From NCBI GenBank assembly GCA_027451365.1, contig DAIDJN010000041.1, positions 89,679 through 153,678 on the forward strand: 64,000 nucleotides of DNA, given 5' to 3'. The position numbers and the translations under genes were made by a program. Under the pieces are notes generated by a model that was given only the letters and a program-made list of their open reading frames with translations, was not told the DNA's origin and ran no database searches. This document shows, piece after piece, positions 28,807 through 37,985 of the stretch. This DNA comes from Phycisphaerales bacterium. Lineage in GTDB: Bacteria > Planctomycetota > Phycisphaerae > WQYP01. Each line of letters opens with the position of its first letter. Position 1 is the stretch's first letter.

Positions 28807-30318
28807 ATGATTGACATTCAAAATATCAGCAAACACTTTGGTGCGTTCCAGGCATTGAAAAATGTCTCCATGCGCGTCGGTCCGGGCGAAATTCATGCTG
28901 TCCTGGGGGAAAATGGGGCGGGCAAAACCACCCTGATGAATATCTTATTCGGACTCCAGCAGCCCGATTCCGGCACGATCCGCATTCATGAACGCGCTGT
29001 GCGCATTGCCTCGCCAAGAATCGCGCGGCAGTTGGGCATCGGCATGGTGCATCAGCATTTTAAGCTTACGCCGACGTTGACCGTTCTGGAAAATATTGTT
29101 CTGGCGATCGGTTCCGGATATCTTGCCGGCCAGCGTACCGGACTGATTCATCAGGTAGACCAGTGGCTGCGCACACTTCACTGGGAAATTCCACTTTCCG
29201 CGACCATTTCGGATCTAAGCGTGGGCCAGCGCCAGCGGGTGGAAATCATTAAGGCGTTGTGCGCGGGGGGCAAGGTCCTGATTCTGGATGAACCAACCGC
29301 GTCGCTGGCTCCCGCTGAAGTAGAGGACCTTTTTTCCGCGGTCCGTGCCTTGGCTGGCAGAGGAATGACCGTTGTGTTTATAAGTCACAAATTGGCCCAA
29401 GTCGCCGCGCTATGCAGCCGCGTGACCATCCTGCGCCTCGGTGAAGTGGTCTATTCGGATTCGCTTGTCGGCACAACGCTGCCGATGCTGGCGGATAAAA
29501 TGATGGGCGGCGGAATCGTGGCGCGGCAGCCCGAGGTTGGCAAATCATCGCCCGGTCCGGTGCGACTGGAAATTTCCAACTTGAACATTGTGCGCAACGG
29601 CGTCGCGGTTCTTTCCAATGTTTCACTTCGGGTGCACGCTGGGGAAATCCTGGGAATTGCCGGCCTGGAAGGGAATGGCCAGTCCGCACTGGTCGAATGT
29701 ATTTCCAGCGCGCGGTCCGTGAAATCCGCGGCCGGTGGTTTGCGTCTTTCCGTCGATCCGATCGCCGGAAAAAAATGGAATCAGCGGACTTGGCGCCGCC
29801 CCGCGACACAATTTGCCTGCATTCCTGAAGACCGTCGCACCGAAGGGCTCGTCATGTCGCTTTCAGTGGAGGCGAATATCATGCTTAAAGCCCATCGGCA
29901 TTCGCCGTTTGTGCGCTGGGGTCTGCTGCGTTTTGCCCGCTGGCGGAAATGGACGCTCGACCGCGTACACGAGTTTGACATCCGCTGCCCGGATATTCAA
30001 ACCCCCGTGGGCGCGCTGTCGGGCGGCAATCAGCAAAAAGTTGTTCTGGCGCGGGAACTTACCGGATCTCCGGAATTTATTCTCGCGGTTAATCCAACCC
30101 GTGGTCTGGATATTGGCGCGACGGCATTTGTGATGAATCAGTTGCTGCGGGCGCGGGCCGGAGGATCGGCCATCTTGCTGGTGCACGCCGACCTGGATGA
30201 ACTTCTTGCCGTCAGCGACCGCGTGTCCGTTATTTATGCCGGCGGCCTTACGCCCACCGCCTGGCCCGCGACTTCGCGCGAACAAATCGGCCGTCTTATG
30301 CTGGGGGTGCGCTCATGA
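28807..30318 (+). CDS. CUT2-type ABC ATPase (nucleoside/sugar), duplicated NBD
   Basis: GENGAGKT, GIGMVHQHF, LSVGQRQRVEI, IPEDR, LSGGNQQK, PTRGLDIGA. Confidence 0.95.
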   Translation: MIDIQNISKHFGAFQALKNVSMRVGPGEIHAVLGENGAGKTTLMNILFGLQQPDSGTIRIHERAVRIASPRIARQLGIGMVHQHFKLTPTLTVLENIVLAIGSGYLAGQRTGLIHQVDQWLRTLHWEIPLSATISDLSVGQRQRVEIIKALCAGGKVLILDEPTASLAPAEVEDLFSAVRALAGRGMTVVFISHKLAQVAALCSRVTILRLGEVVYSDSLVGTTLPMLADKMMGGGIVARQPEVGKSSPGPVRLEISNLNIVRNGVAVLSNVSLRVHAGEILGIAGLEGNGQSALVECISSARSVKSAAGGLRLSVDPIAGKKWNQRTWRRPATQFACIPEDRRTEGLVMSLSVEANIMLKAHRHSPFVRWGLLRFARWRKWTLDRVHEFDIRCPDIQTPVGALSGGNQQKVVLARELTGSPEFILAVNPTRGLDIGATAFVMNQLLRARAGGSAILLVHADLDELLAVSDRVSVIYAGGLTPTAWPATSREQIGRLMLGVRS

Positions 30319-31499
30319 ATCCGATATTGATAAGGCAAATTAAAAATGCAATAGTGTCGATAACTACAACTGTTATGGCGTGCGCCGCGGCATTGGGGCT
30401 GGTGCTGCTGGCGCTCCGGCTGGCCGGGTACCCGCCCCTGGGCATTTTGCATCGCTGGATCATCGGGTCGGTTGGACGCATGTACTATATCAGCAATTCC
30501 CTGGCGGAAACCTGCCCGCTGCTGCTGACCGGTCTGGCCGCGGGCATCGCGTTCCGCTGCGGTGTGCTGAACATTGGTGCTCAGGGGCAGTTTCTGGTTG
30601 GCGCTATGGTCGCCACCGGTCTGGCGACGCGTTGGCGCATTGTCAGCGCGCCGTGGGCCGTCATGATGCTTGCGGTGTTCGGCGGAATCCTGGCGGGGGG
30701 GCTTTGGGCGGCGTTGGCAAGCCTGATGGACCGTCGGCGCGGTGTGCCAATTGTTCTGTCCACCATTCTGCTGAATTTCATCGCGTTATATGCGGTTCAG
30801 ACCATCCTTGACGGACCGTTGCAGGCTCATGGCACTTCCGCGCCGCAAAGTCCGGAAGTTCAGGGGGCGTTCTGGCTGCCGGTGCTGATTAAATTTTCCA
30901 GCCTGCACATTGGAATTATTTTTGCCTTTGCCCTGGCCATCCTCATGTATGTTGTCAATCGACAGACGCCTTTCGGATTCCAGACACTGGTCAGCGGCTT
31001 AAACCCACGGGCCGCCAAACGCGCCGGTATACCCGTGGAATCACGGCAGTTTATGACCATGTTTCTCAGCGGCTGTTTCGCCGGTCTGGGCGGGGCATTT
31101 CAAGTGTTGGGGGTTACGCATTTCATGACCGCCGATTTCGGCAATTACGGTTACGCCGGAATCGCCGTGGCTTTGTTGGGCCGGCTGAACCCGATCGGTA
31201 TCGCCTTTTCCGCCCTGTTTTTCGGACTGCTGGATACCGGCGCTTTGCGCGTGGAAGAAAGCTCCCTTGGCCTGCCGCACAACATCGCCAATGTGGTCAA
31301 GGGCGTGGTGGTGCTGGTAATGCTGCTGCTGATTGCATTTATGCAGCGCCGGCGGCTGGCCTCAATTGTGTCGGACAGCGGTGGCACATCGCGCGGGGCG
31401 GGAAACCTTCCGGAATCGGCGGCAGTTTCCAATGAAACCGCCACTACCTTGCCAGCCCCATTGGATTCGCCGGGGCCGTCCGCGAAAGGGGCTGACTGA
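30315..31499 (+). CDS. Nucleoside ABC transporter permease 1
   Basis: LNIGAQGQ, STILLNFIA, GYAGIAVALLGRLNP; multiple TM helices. Confidence 0.92.
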   Translation: MNPILIRQIKNAIVSITTTVMACAAALGLVLLALRLAGYPPLGILHRWIIGSVGRMYYISNSLAETCPLLLTGLAAGIAFRCGVLNIGAQGQFLVGAMVATGLATRWRIVSAPWAVMMLAVFGGILAGGLWAALASLMDRRRGVPIVLSTILLNFIALYAVQTILDGPLQAHGTSAPQSPEVQGAFWLPVLIKFSSLHIGIIFAFALAILMYVVNRQTPFGFQTLVSGLNPRAAKRAGIPVESRQFMTMFLSGCFAGLGGAFQVLGVTHFMTADFGNYGYAGIAVALLGRLNPIGIAFSALFFGLLDTGALRVEESSLGLPHNIANVVKGVVVLVMLLLIAFMQRRRLASIVSDSGGTSRGAGNLPESAAVSNETATTLPAPLDSPGPSAKGAD

Positions 31500-31502
31500 C
31501 AC

Positions 31503-32495
31503 ATGAACGGATCAGCCGAAAATATCGTGACATTTCTTGCCCAGCAGATGGTGGCCGCCGCCGTGCCGCTGGTCATTGCCGGAATGGGCGAACTTATAGC
31601 CGAACTTGCGGGTGTCATTAATATTGGCATAGAAGGGTTGATGCTGATTGGCTGTATTGCCGCGTATGTGGGTGCCGGCGGCGGCAACGGAAGCGTCGGG
31701 TTGGCGGCCGGTGTGCTCGCTGGCATGGGCATGGCGGCGATATTCGCATTTGTTTCCATTTCCGGCCGGGCGGATCAGATTGTCTGCGGGGCGGCAATTA
31801 ATATTTTTGCCCTGGGTGCCAGCGGCACCGTCTGGACTGTTTACCGGCACTGGCGCGGCAGCCATGATATGTCTGTTTCACTGCCGCACGGCGCGGGCTT
31901 TGATAAATGGCCGTTGCCGTATCTGGCGCATCTGCCGTTTTTCGGCAGAGTTATTTTCGACCAGTATTCCCTTTTTTACGGCGGTGTGCTGCTGGGGTTT
32001 GCAGTCTGGTTCATGTTGCGTTTTACCCGCATGGGATTGATTATCCGTTCACTTGGTGAATCGCCGGAAGCGTGCCAGGCCGCCGGCATCCGGGTGCGTA
32101 CCTGGCGGTGGGGGGCGGTTCTGTTCGCTGGCGGCTGTGCCGGTGCCGCAGGTGCCTATTTAAGTATCATGCGAACCCATGCTTTCGCCTCAGATATGAC
32201 CGGAGGTCAGGGCTTCGTGGTGCTGGCGCTGGTCATTTTCGGCAGATGGAGCCTTGCCGGTCTGACCGTCGGATGCCTTTTCTTCGGTCTGATAAACGCC
32301 ATTCAACAAGTGCTGCAAACCGCTCGCTATACAGCCCACAACCCGCTGATTGAGTCGCTGCGGCATATTCCATTTCAACTATTTCAAATGCTGCCTTATC
32401 TGGCGGCTCTGGTGGCGCTTGCGGTTTTATCCCGCAATCGCCCGGGCCCGCAGGCTTTAGGTCAACCGTGGCCGCCAGTATCGCCGGGGGAGTAA
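31503..32495 (+). CDS. Nucleoside ABC transporter permease 2
   Basis: AGVINIGIEGLML, GESPEAC..AGI, GQGFVVLALVIFGRW, MLPY, GPQALGQP. Confidence 0.92.
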   Translation: MNGSAENIVTFLAQQMVAAAVPLVIAGMGELIAELAGVINIGIEGLMLIGCIAAYVGAGGGNGSVGLAAGVLAGMGMAAIFAFVSISGRADQIVCGAAINIFALGASGTVWTVYRHWRGSHDMSVSLPHGAGFDKWPLPYLAHLPFFGRVIFDQYSLFYGGVLLGFAVWFMLRFTRMGLIIRSLGESPEACQAAGIRVRTWRWGAVLFAGGCAGAAGAYLSIMRTHAFASDMTGGQGFVVLALVIFGRWSLAGLTVGCLFFGLINAIQQVLQTARYTAHNPLIESLRHIPFQLFQMLPYLAALVALAVLSRNRPGPQALGQPWPPVSPGE

Positions 32496-32558
32496 TCAGC
32501 CTTCAGATTCTGAGCCTCCGCCTGGCGGCGCGGCGGCAAACGATCGGCCCTGCTGGCG

Positions 32559-33683
32559 TTAGCGTACTTTCCTGCGATTGGCGGTCAGCAGTGCGAGTGC
32601 CAGACCGGCCGTTCCGGTAAACAAAAGCGGCAGCGATCCGGGCAGCGGTGCCGCGTCCCCGGCTGGAATCGGTGTCAGCAGAAATCCAAACCCCGATGAA
32701 TCCGGACCTGAATTGCCGAATCCCACAATATCCCCATTGTTGTTGATCGCGTTGGCTTGCACCAGCGAGTCGCCTGAAGGCAGACCCGATACCAGCGAAT
32801 TTAAATTGGAAAGTACGCCATTTGAGTAAACAAAAGCAATCGGCAATGTACCGCTGATTGGTCCCGCACCGGCGTAGCCCACAATCGTGCCGCTGTTGTT
32901 AATGGCCGTGGCGACGCTCATCGCATAGGCCTGGGAACTGTCCAGGGAGGTTATGGTTCCGTTGGCGTCACTTATGGCATGCGCGTATCCATTTGAATCG
33001 GTGTAATCCCCTACAATAACACCGGAATCGTTGATGGCGTTGGCATAGCCGCTGACGCCGCCAAACGTTCCCAGGTCTATCAGGCCACCAGAAGATGTAT
33101 AACTGAATGCATGGGTTGCGTTTGAATTTGAAACGGAGGTATAACCCACAATCGTCCCGCCAATGTTAATTGCCCTGGCCGAGCTGTTTGCAGTGTCAAT
33201 AATGATAGGACTCGTTCCCGGCGTGGCGGAAAAAATCGCCGCGTTATAGCCGCCGGTGGAATTTCCCGTGGTGCCGACGATTTCCCCGCCGGAATTAATG
33301 GCTGCCGCTTCGCTGTTGTATGTACCGGTGCCCAAAAATGTGGTCGTGGATGGAGTAAAAATAGCTGCCTGCGCCAAGGTTCCATTCGAGGCCTGACCCA
33401 CCACTGTGCCACCGCTGTTAATGCCGTCGGCCGAGCTGAAGCCAACCGAATTATTCGCCCCGATATTTATTGTGGTGCCGCCGTTGTAACTGAACGCAGC
33501 ATCATTTGAACCCACCACTGTGCCGGAATCGTTAATGCCATTTGCGCTGGAGGAATTGGGAATAATAGTAAGGCTGTATTGCGCGGCATGGGCGGTTGAA
33601 GACATGTTAAGGCCAATGGTCATCGCGCCAAGAAAGGCCGCCGAGGCGGTAATATGTGCAAGCCGACGGGAATGAATTTTCAT
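32559..33683 (-). CDS. HAF-repeat extracellular protein with PEP-CTERM-like (APLPG) tail
   Basis: Repeated A.[GA]IN.SG.[IV]VG...HAF.Y units, DLGTFGG; signal peptide ending AHA; C-terminus APLPGSLPLLFTGTAGLALALLTANRRKVR. Confidence 0.9.
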   Translation of the reverse strand: MKIHSRRLAHITASAAFLGAMTIGLNMSSTAHAAQYSLTIIPNSSSANGINDSGTVVGSNDAAFSYNGGTTINIGANNSVGFSSADGINSGGTVVGQASNGTLAQAAIFTPSTTTFLGTGTYNSEAAAINSGGEIVGTTGNSTGGYNAAIFSATPGTSPIIIDTANSSARAINIGGTIVGYTSVSNSNATHAFSYTSSGGLIDLGTFGGVSGYANAINDSGVIVGDYTDSNGYAHAISDANGTITSLDSSQAYAMSVATAINNSGTIVGYAGAGPISGTLPIAFVYSNGVLSNLNSLVSGLPSGDSLVQANAINNNGDIVGFGNSGPDSSGFGFLLTPIPAGDAAPLPGSLPLLFTGTAGLALALLTANRRKVR

Positions 33684-34065
33684 GAGGTGCTCTCCATAAG
33701 GGCGCGGCTCAGGCCGGAAAGTTATCCGCCGCGCAATTGCCGTAATAAATGGGAGAGCTACTCACTCAAAATCTCTCCCGATCCGCAGTGAACGGATCAT
33801 AATGGAAAAAAAATGATTTACAAGAAAAATATCAGGATATGCAGCGTCTGATAATCCATCGCGCTATTTGTTGCCAGCCGGGCTTCGTCGACATGGCGAA
33901 TGGCGATGGTTGCTTTTCGCATATCCAGTTTTTACTTTTTGTCGGCGACAGTTGTTCAGGATTCAGGCCCTGATCGCGTCTGATATATAAGGATCGGATA
34001 TTTGAAAAAGCCACGTTCCAATGCGGAATATAGGTATAATATATATATATATGGTTATGTGAATG

Positions 34066-35004
34066 TTAACCTGGCGGACGCCAGCCGTCGGTTTTAAGTC
34101 GATCCACCACATCACGGGCGACCCAGCTCATGGCGTCCATGGCACCTTGCGTGCGCGCGGCCAGATGGGGGGCCAGAATCAGGTTCTTGACACCCCAAAG
34201 CGGATATTCCGCCGGTGGGGGTTCGGGCTCGTGCACATCCAAAGCCGCGCCGGCCAGACGACCGCCTTGCAGGGCGACTGCCAGTGCCGCCGCGTCAATG
34301 ACTTCCCCACGGGAAGTGTTAATTAAATATGCGGTCTGACGCATGCGCTCAAGGGCGGCGGCGGAAATTAAATTCCGGTTGCCTTCCACATGGCTGACGT
34401 GCACCGTCAGGATATCCGATTCCGCGTAAAGCTCGGGTTTGGTTACGCTTCGGGCGGGAAAATCCACATGTGCCGCCACGTCCAGAAGGTCGTTGTAAAT
34501 GACCCTCATGCCGAACGCGTAGGCCACCCGCCCCACCGCCCGGCCGATTCGCCCCATGCCCAGAATGCCCATGGTTTTGCCGTGCAGTTCCAGCCCGCGT
34601 ATGGTTTTCCGGTAGGCGTGAAACGCCTCGGCGGAAATCGAATCCGGAACGTGCACCAGCGGCCGCCCCAAATGAAATATCATATTAAATACATATTCAC
34701 ATACTGCGTGCATGTTGGCGCCCGGAGTGGAAATAACCGCGACGCCCCGGCGGGCGCAGGCGGCTTGATCAATATTTTCCAGGCCCACGCCGGCCCGTCC
34801 GACCACGCGGAGTTTGGGGGCCGCGGAAAGCAGCTCATCGTTTACCTGGGTGTAGGTACGCACAATCAGGCCATCGGCCAACGCCAGGTCCTTGCGCAAC
34901 TGTTGTGGATTTTTCCAGCTTGATTCAATGACGTCCACCTGGCCTTTCAGCCAGGCGAAGGGAATTGCTTCGAGTCCTTCCGTTACAACCACACAGAATG
35001 CCAT
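34066..35004 (-). CDS. D-isomer-specific 2-hydroxyacid dehydrogenase (SerA-like, no ACT domain)
   Basis: GRAGVGLENID, GMGRIG, INTSRG, AALDV..EP, APHLAA. Confidence 0.9.
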   Translation of the reverse strand: MAFCVVVTEGLEAIPFAWLKGQVDVIESSWKNPQQLRKDLALADGLIVRTYTQVNDELLSAAPKLRVVGRAGVGLENIDQAACARRGVAVISTPGANMHAVCEYVFNMIFHLGRPLVHVPDSISAEAFHAYRKTIRGLELHGKTMGILGMGRIGRAVGRVAYAFGMRVIYNDLLDVAAHVDFPARSVTKPELYAESDILTVHVSHVEGNRNLISAAALERMRQTAYLINTSRGEVIDAAALAVALQGGRLAGAALDVHEPEPPPAEYPLWGVKNLILAPHLAARTQGAMDAMSWVARDVVDRLKTDGWRPPG

Positions 35005-35070
35005 AAGAATAATGCCTTCATGCTTATCGGTTACAAATGTTAGATTCCGAATATTGCGGACAAAAGCCAG

Positions 35071-36246
35071 TTATGGAGAGGCGTTGTCCGGGGCACGCAT
35101 GTCATCCGGGTTCAGACCCACGCCGCGGCACCATTCCTGGTAGGCCGCGGGGGCAATTTCGCTGGGTTTTATTTCGCTTCGCCCGCCCCAGAACACATTG
35201 GTGTATGCGATTGGAATGCCCGTGGATTCAAGGTGCCGGTCAATGGCCGCCTTGTGGGCCAGGATAAGGTTTTTGTCTTTGCCATGGGCGACTCCCATGA
35301 CGTTGACATTTCCGAATTCCGGTCCGCCTTCACGCCAGTAGGCATGTGTCATTATATGGAAACGTCCCACTTCGCATCCAGCTTCAATTTCCCGTCCGGC
35401 GGGAACCGCCCAGTGAAACAGAGCGTTGTATTGCGTGACCTTGTCGCCGGTGGGAAGCGTTTTGACATGTTCCAGAAATGTGGAAAAGCGGCCAATCACG
35501 CCGAGCGTATGGAGGTCGGCCGCGACTTGAAAAAAATGATCCAATGACATGCCGATTTCAGCGGCGCGCGGCAGCCAGATATTTTGACAAATTTCAGCCG
35601 GCGCAAATTCACGCTTCAATGCCACCAGCACCTGCCATTGTTCATCGGTCAATGTGACCACCGTCGTGGGGATGGCTTCGGCCGGAACGTCCGCTTTGCT
35701 GCCGGGTTCAAGCCCGCGCCGGCGGACATGGCCCACGCCCAGCGCGAACAGCCGTTTGGCCGGCATTAACTTGAAGGAAACCGCGCCGATTCGCTGCTGC
35801 AGGTAACGGCAATGCTTTTCCAGTGAATATCCCTGCGGAACCTTCAGTGTTGTCCAGAGCCGGTATTTTGATCCTGTGGTCTGGCCATCGGTACTGCGAA
35901 TGACCACATGACCGGAAAACGGGTCCTGTTGAAAAAGGTAATCAAAAGCCGCGTTGAGTTTTTCCGCCGGCACTTCCCACGCCACCAGGCAGCCTTCCGC
36001 AAGGCTGGTGGCCAGCAGCGTCTGTCGCACGCGGCGCACCACGCCGCCGCGCAGCATGGCGGTAATGCGCTCGATAACCGTATTGGTTTCCAACCCAGCC
36101 ATGTTGGCGATTGCGCTGATCGGGTCGGTTTGAAAGCCCTGGATTTTGTCCTCTGAAACGGCAAGGATTCGGGCATTGATCGCATCGTGAATGTCGATGG
36201 GAATCTGCGCCTCAGAGGCCGGCGATGGAATGGTTGAACTGGTCAT
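35071..36246 (-). CDS. Fused AhbA/AhbB-like sirohaem decarboxylase (duplicated Lrp/AsnC-like fold)
   Basis: Two HTH plus AsnC-like halves (GVVRRV/GVIGRF; LVAWEVP/LFHWAVP; GHVVIR/THAYWR; MGVAHG); start reassigned to ATG 36246. Confidence 0.7.
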   Translation of the reverse strand: MTSSTIPSPASEAQIPIDIHDAINARILAVSEDKIQGFQTDPISAIANMAGLETNTVIERITAMLRGGVVRRVRQTLLATSLAEGCLVAWEVPAEKLNAAFDYLFQQDPFSGHVVIRSTDGQTTGSKYRLWTTLKVPQGYSLEKHCRYLQQRIGAVSFKLMPAKRLFALGVGHVRRRGLEPGSKADVPAEAIPTTVVTLTDEQWQVLVALKREFAPAEICQNIWLPRAAEIGMSLDHFFQVAADLHTLGVIGRFSTFLEHVKTLPTGDKVTQYNALFHWAVPAGREIEAGCEVGRFHIMTHAYWREGGPEFGNVNVMGVAHGKDKNLILAHKAAIDRHLESTGIPIAYTNVFWGGRSEIKPSEIAPAAYQEWCRGVGLNPDDMRAPDNASP

Positions 36247-36292
36247 GGAAGCACCCAAAAAATACCGGCGGCGCGATTGCCGCCATTCTACC

Positions 36293-36796
36293 TTAATAAT
36301 TGGAACCATCATGACGAATATGCACCACGGGGCGGGCGTTGTCGTCATCACACAGGCCGCCCTGTATGGCGGTGCCGATTATCAGCTCATGGTCGGTTTT
36401 GAAATTCACACGCTGGTGCATGTCGCACCATATCCAGGCGCAGGCTTCGGTCAAAATCATTCCGCCGTTGTCCAGTCGGCGCGTTTTAACACCTTCAAAC
36501 GCGGAATCACCGGTCAGGCGCTGTCGGGCATATTTTCGCATCAGGCTTTTATCCCCGGCATGACAGACGTTTAACGCGAATCCACCTGTGTGTTGAATAA
36601 CATCCGCAATTTCGCGATCGCGGTGAATGGCGACCCCAATACAGATCGGCTCGCGGCTGAGCTGCTGAACGAATGAAACCAGCATGGCCGAGGCGTCGGG
36701 TCCGTGGCCGGTGGTGAGAATAAAAATACCACTGGGAATTTTACCAACCGCTCGGAAAAGCGGCAAAATAGGTTCAACGGTGCTGTCAATAATCAC
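36293..36796 (-). CDS. Flavin reductase-like protein
   Basis: KIPSGIFILT, SFVQQLS.EP, FALNV, DHELIIG, HIR.DG.NY; GGAG RBS before GTG 36796. Confidence 0.85.
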   Translation of the reverse strand: MIIDSTVEPILPLFRAVGKIPSGIFILTTGHGPDASAMLVSFVQQLSREPICIGVAIHRDREIADVIQHTGGFALNVCHAGDKSLMRKYARQRLTGDSAFEGVKTRRLDNGGMILTEACAWIWCDMHQRVNFKTDHELIIGTAIQGGLCDDDNARPVVHIRHDGSNY

Positions 36797-36885
36797 TGAA
36801 TACTCCAAAACAGTTCCGCCGCAACAGGCTTCCAATCCTTATTATAGGGAAATGGGGAATACAGGCCAGCGAAAGCCTGCGGCGC

Positions 36886-37240
36886 TGTCACGTCCTGATA
36901 TAGGTTGTCACTGTTGGCAATGGAAATATCAGGAATTATGGTATGCGTGGACGGGTAATAAAGCGGTTTAGTGAGTATTTCAAACTGGGTGTGGTGGAGG
37001 AGTTTGAGCAGGGAAGATCCGGGTCGATTACGGAGGCGCGACTGCACCACGGGATTACGGGCGGAACGACGATTCAGACCTGGTTAAAAAAATATGGAAG
37101 GAATCATTAGATGGCGAAGGTGGTACGAGTGGAAAAGCCAGGCGAACAAGATCGGATACAGGAGTACAAAAAGCGTATAGCGCAGTTGGAGCGGGCGTTG
37201 GGGACACCGCCGGCGGAGAATGTGTTGAAGCCGCGGCGTT
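36886..37240 (+). mobile_element. IS3-family remnant: left end plus decayed orfA
   Basis: TGTCACGTCCTGATATAGGTTGTCACT end; ATG 36943 gives MRGRVIKRFSEYFKLGVVEE...HGITGGTTIQTWLKKYGRNH*MAKVVRVE...KKRIAQLERALG (HTH plus zipper) with in-frame TAG at 37108; no orfB. Confidence 0.8.
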
Positions 37241-37241
37241 T

Positions 37242-37910
37242 TTAGATGATGTTAATCGCCCGACTGGCCACCAGCGCCACAAGTCCCAATGAAATCATTG
37301 ATTGGAGCATAATTAGTACTTTTGCCCAGCGCGAAAGTATGGCGGTGTCGGTGGGTGAAAATGCCGTGCTGGTGTTGAACGCCAGAAATAAATAATCTAA
37401 AAACCGCGGCGACCAGGCCTGTCTTTTGGCGGTAGGCAGCAGCATTTGCGGAAACAGAAAGCAGCCTTCATCATGACTGCCGCGGAGGGACCGCGCGTGC
37501 GGACCCCCGGCATCCAGCCGCCAGTACCAGAGTGCGAAAACCACGATATTCGTCGCCCAGAGTATCGCCGCCGACGCCAGCATAACGCCCGCGGATTGCG
37601 AATGTTTGGGAATTGAATACACCAATACCGCCAGTGCGGATGCCACAAACGCCGTTAAGACGCCGGTTACAAAATGACCGACGATATGTGTGGGTCCGTA
37701 CAACTGGCGGTAGTATAAAACGATCCATAACACCAGAAGCGGCATTAAAATAGTCGGCAACAGCCATTTGGCACCCAGCAGGAGGTTCGGCGGCAGCAGC
37801 ATGTAAATGCCACATGCAAAAAGTGTCGCACTTACCGGCACCCATAACGGTTCAGGACGCGGAAAAGTCGCACCGGATCGGTTCGAGGAATTGGTTGTGG
37901 CATCTACCAT
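37242..37910 (-). CDS. Conserved membrane protein (DUF1345-like)
   Basis: FALWYWRLDAGGP, FLFPQM, W.PRFLDYLFLAFNTSTAFSPTD; several TM helices. Confidence 0.75.
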   Translation of the reverse strand: MVDATTNSSNRSGATFPRPEPLWVPVSATLFACGIYMLLPPNLLLGAKWLLPTILMPLLVLWIVLYYRQLYGPTHIVGHFVTGVLTAFVASALAVLVYSIPKHSQSAGVMLASAAILWATNIVVFALWYWRLDAGGPHARSLRGSHDEGCFLFPQMLLPTAKRQAWSPRFLDYLFLAFNTSTAFSPTDTAILSRWAKVLIMLQSMISLGLVALVASRAINII

Positions 37911-37985
37911 GTCTGTTTCCCGTTTTCCTATGACACGCGGTCCGGTCTGTCCGGCGAAGATATTTTGCCCACTCCATACGCGCGT

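Noticed and set aside
35071..36246. Ordinary Lrp/AsnC transcription regulator
   Set aside because: Double length with H-x-Y-x-R-like motif and ahbC/D-like genes in the window favour a fused sirohaem decarboxylase
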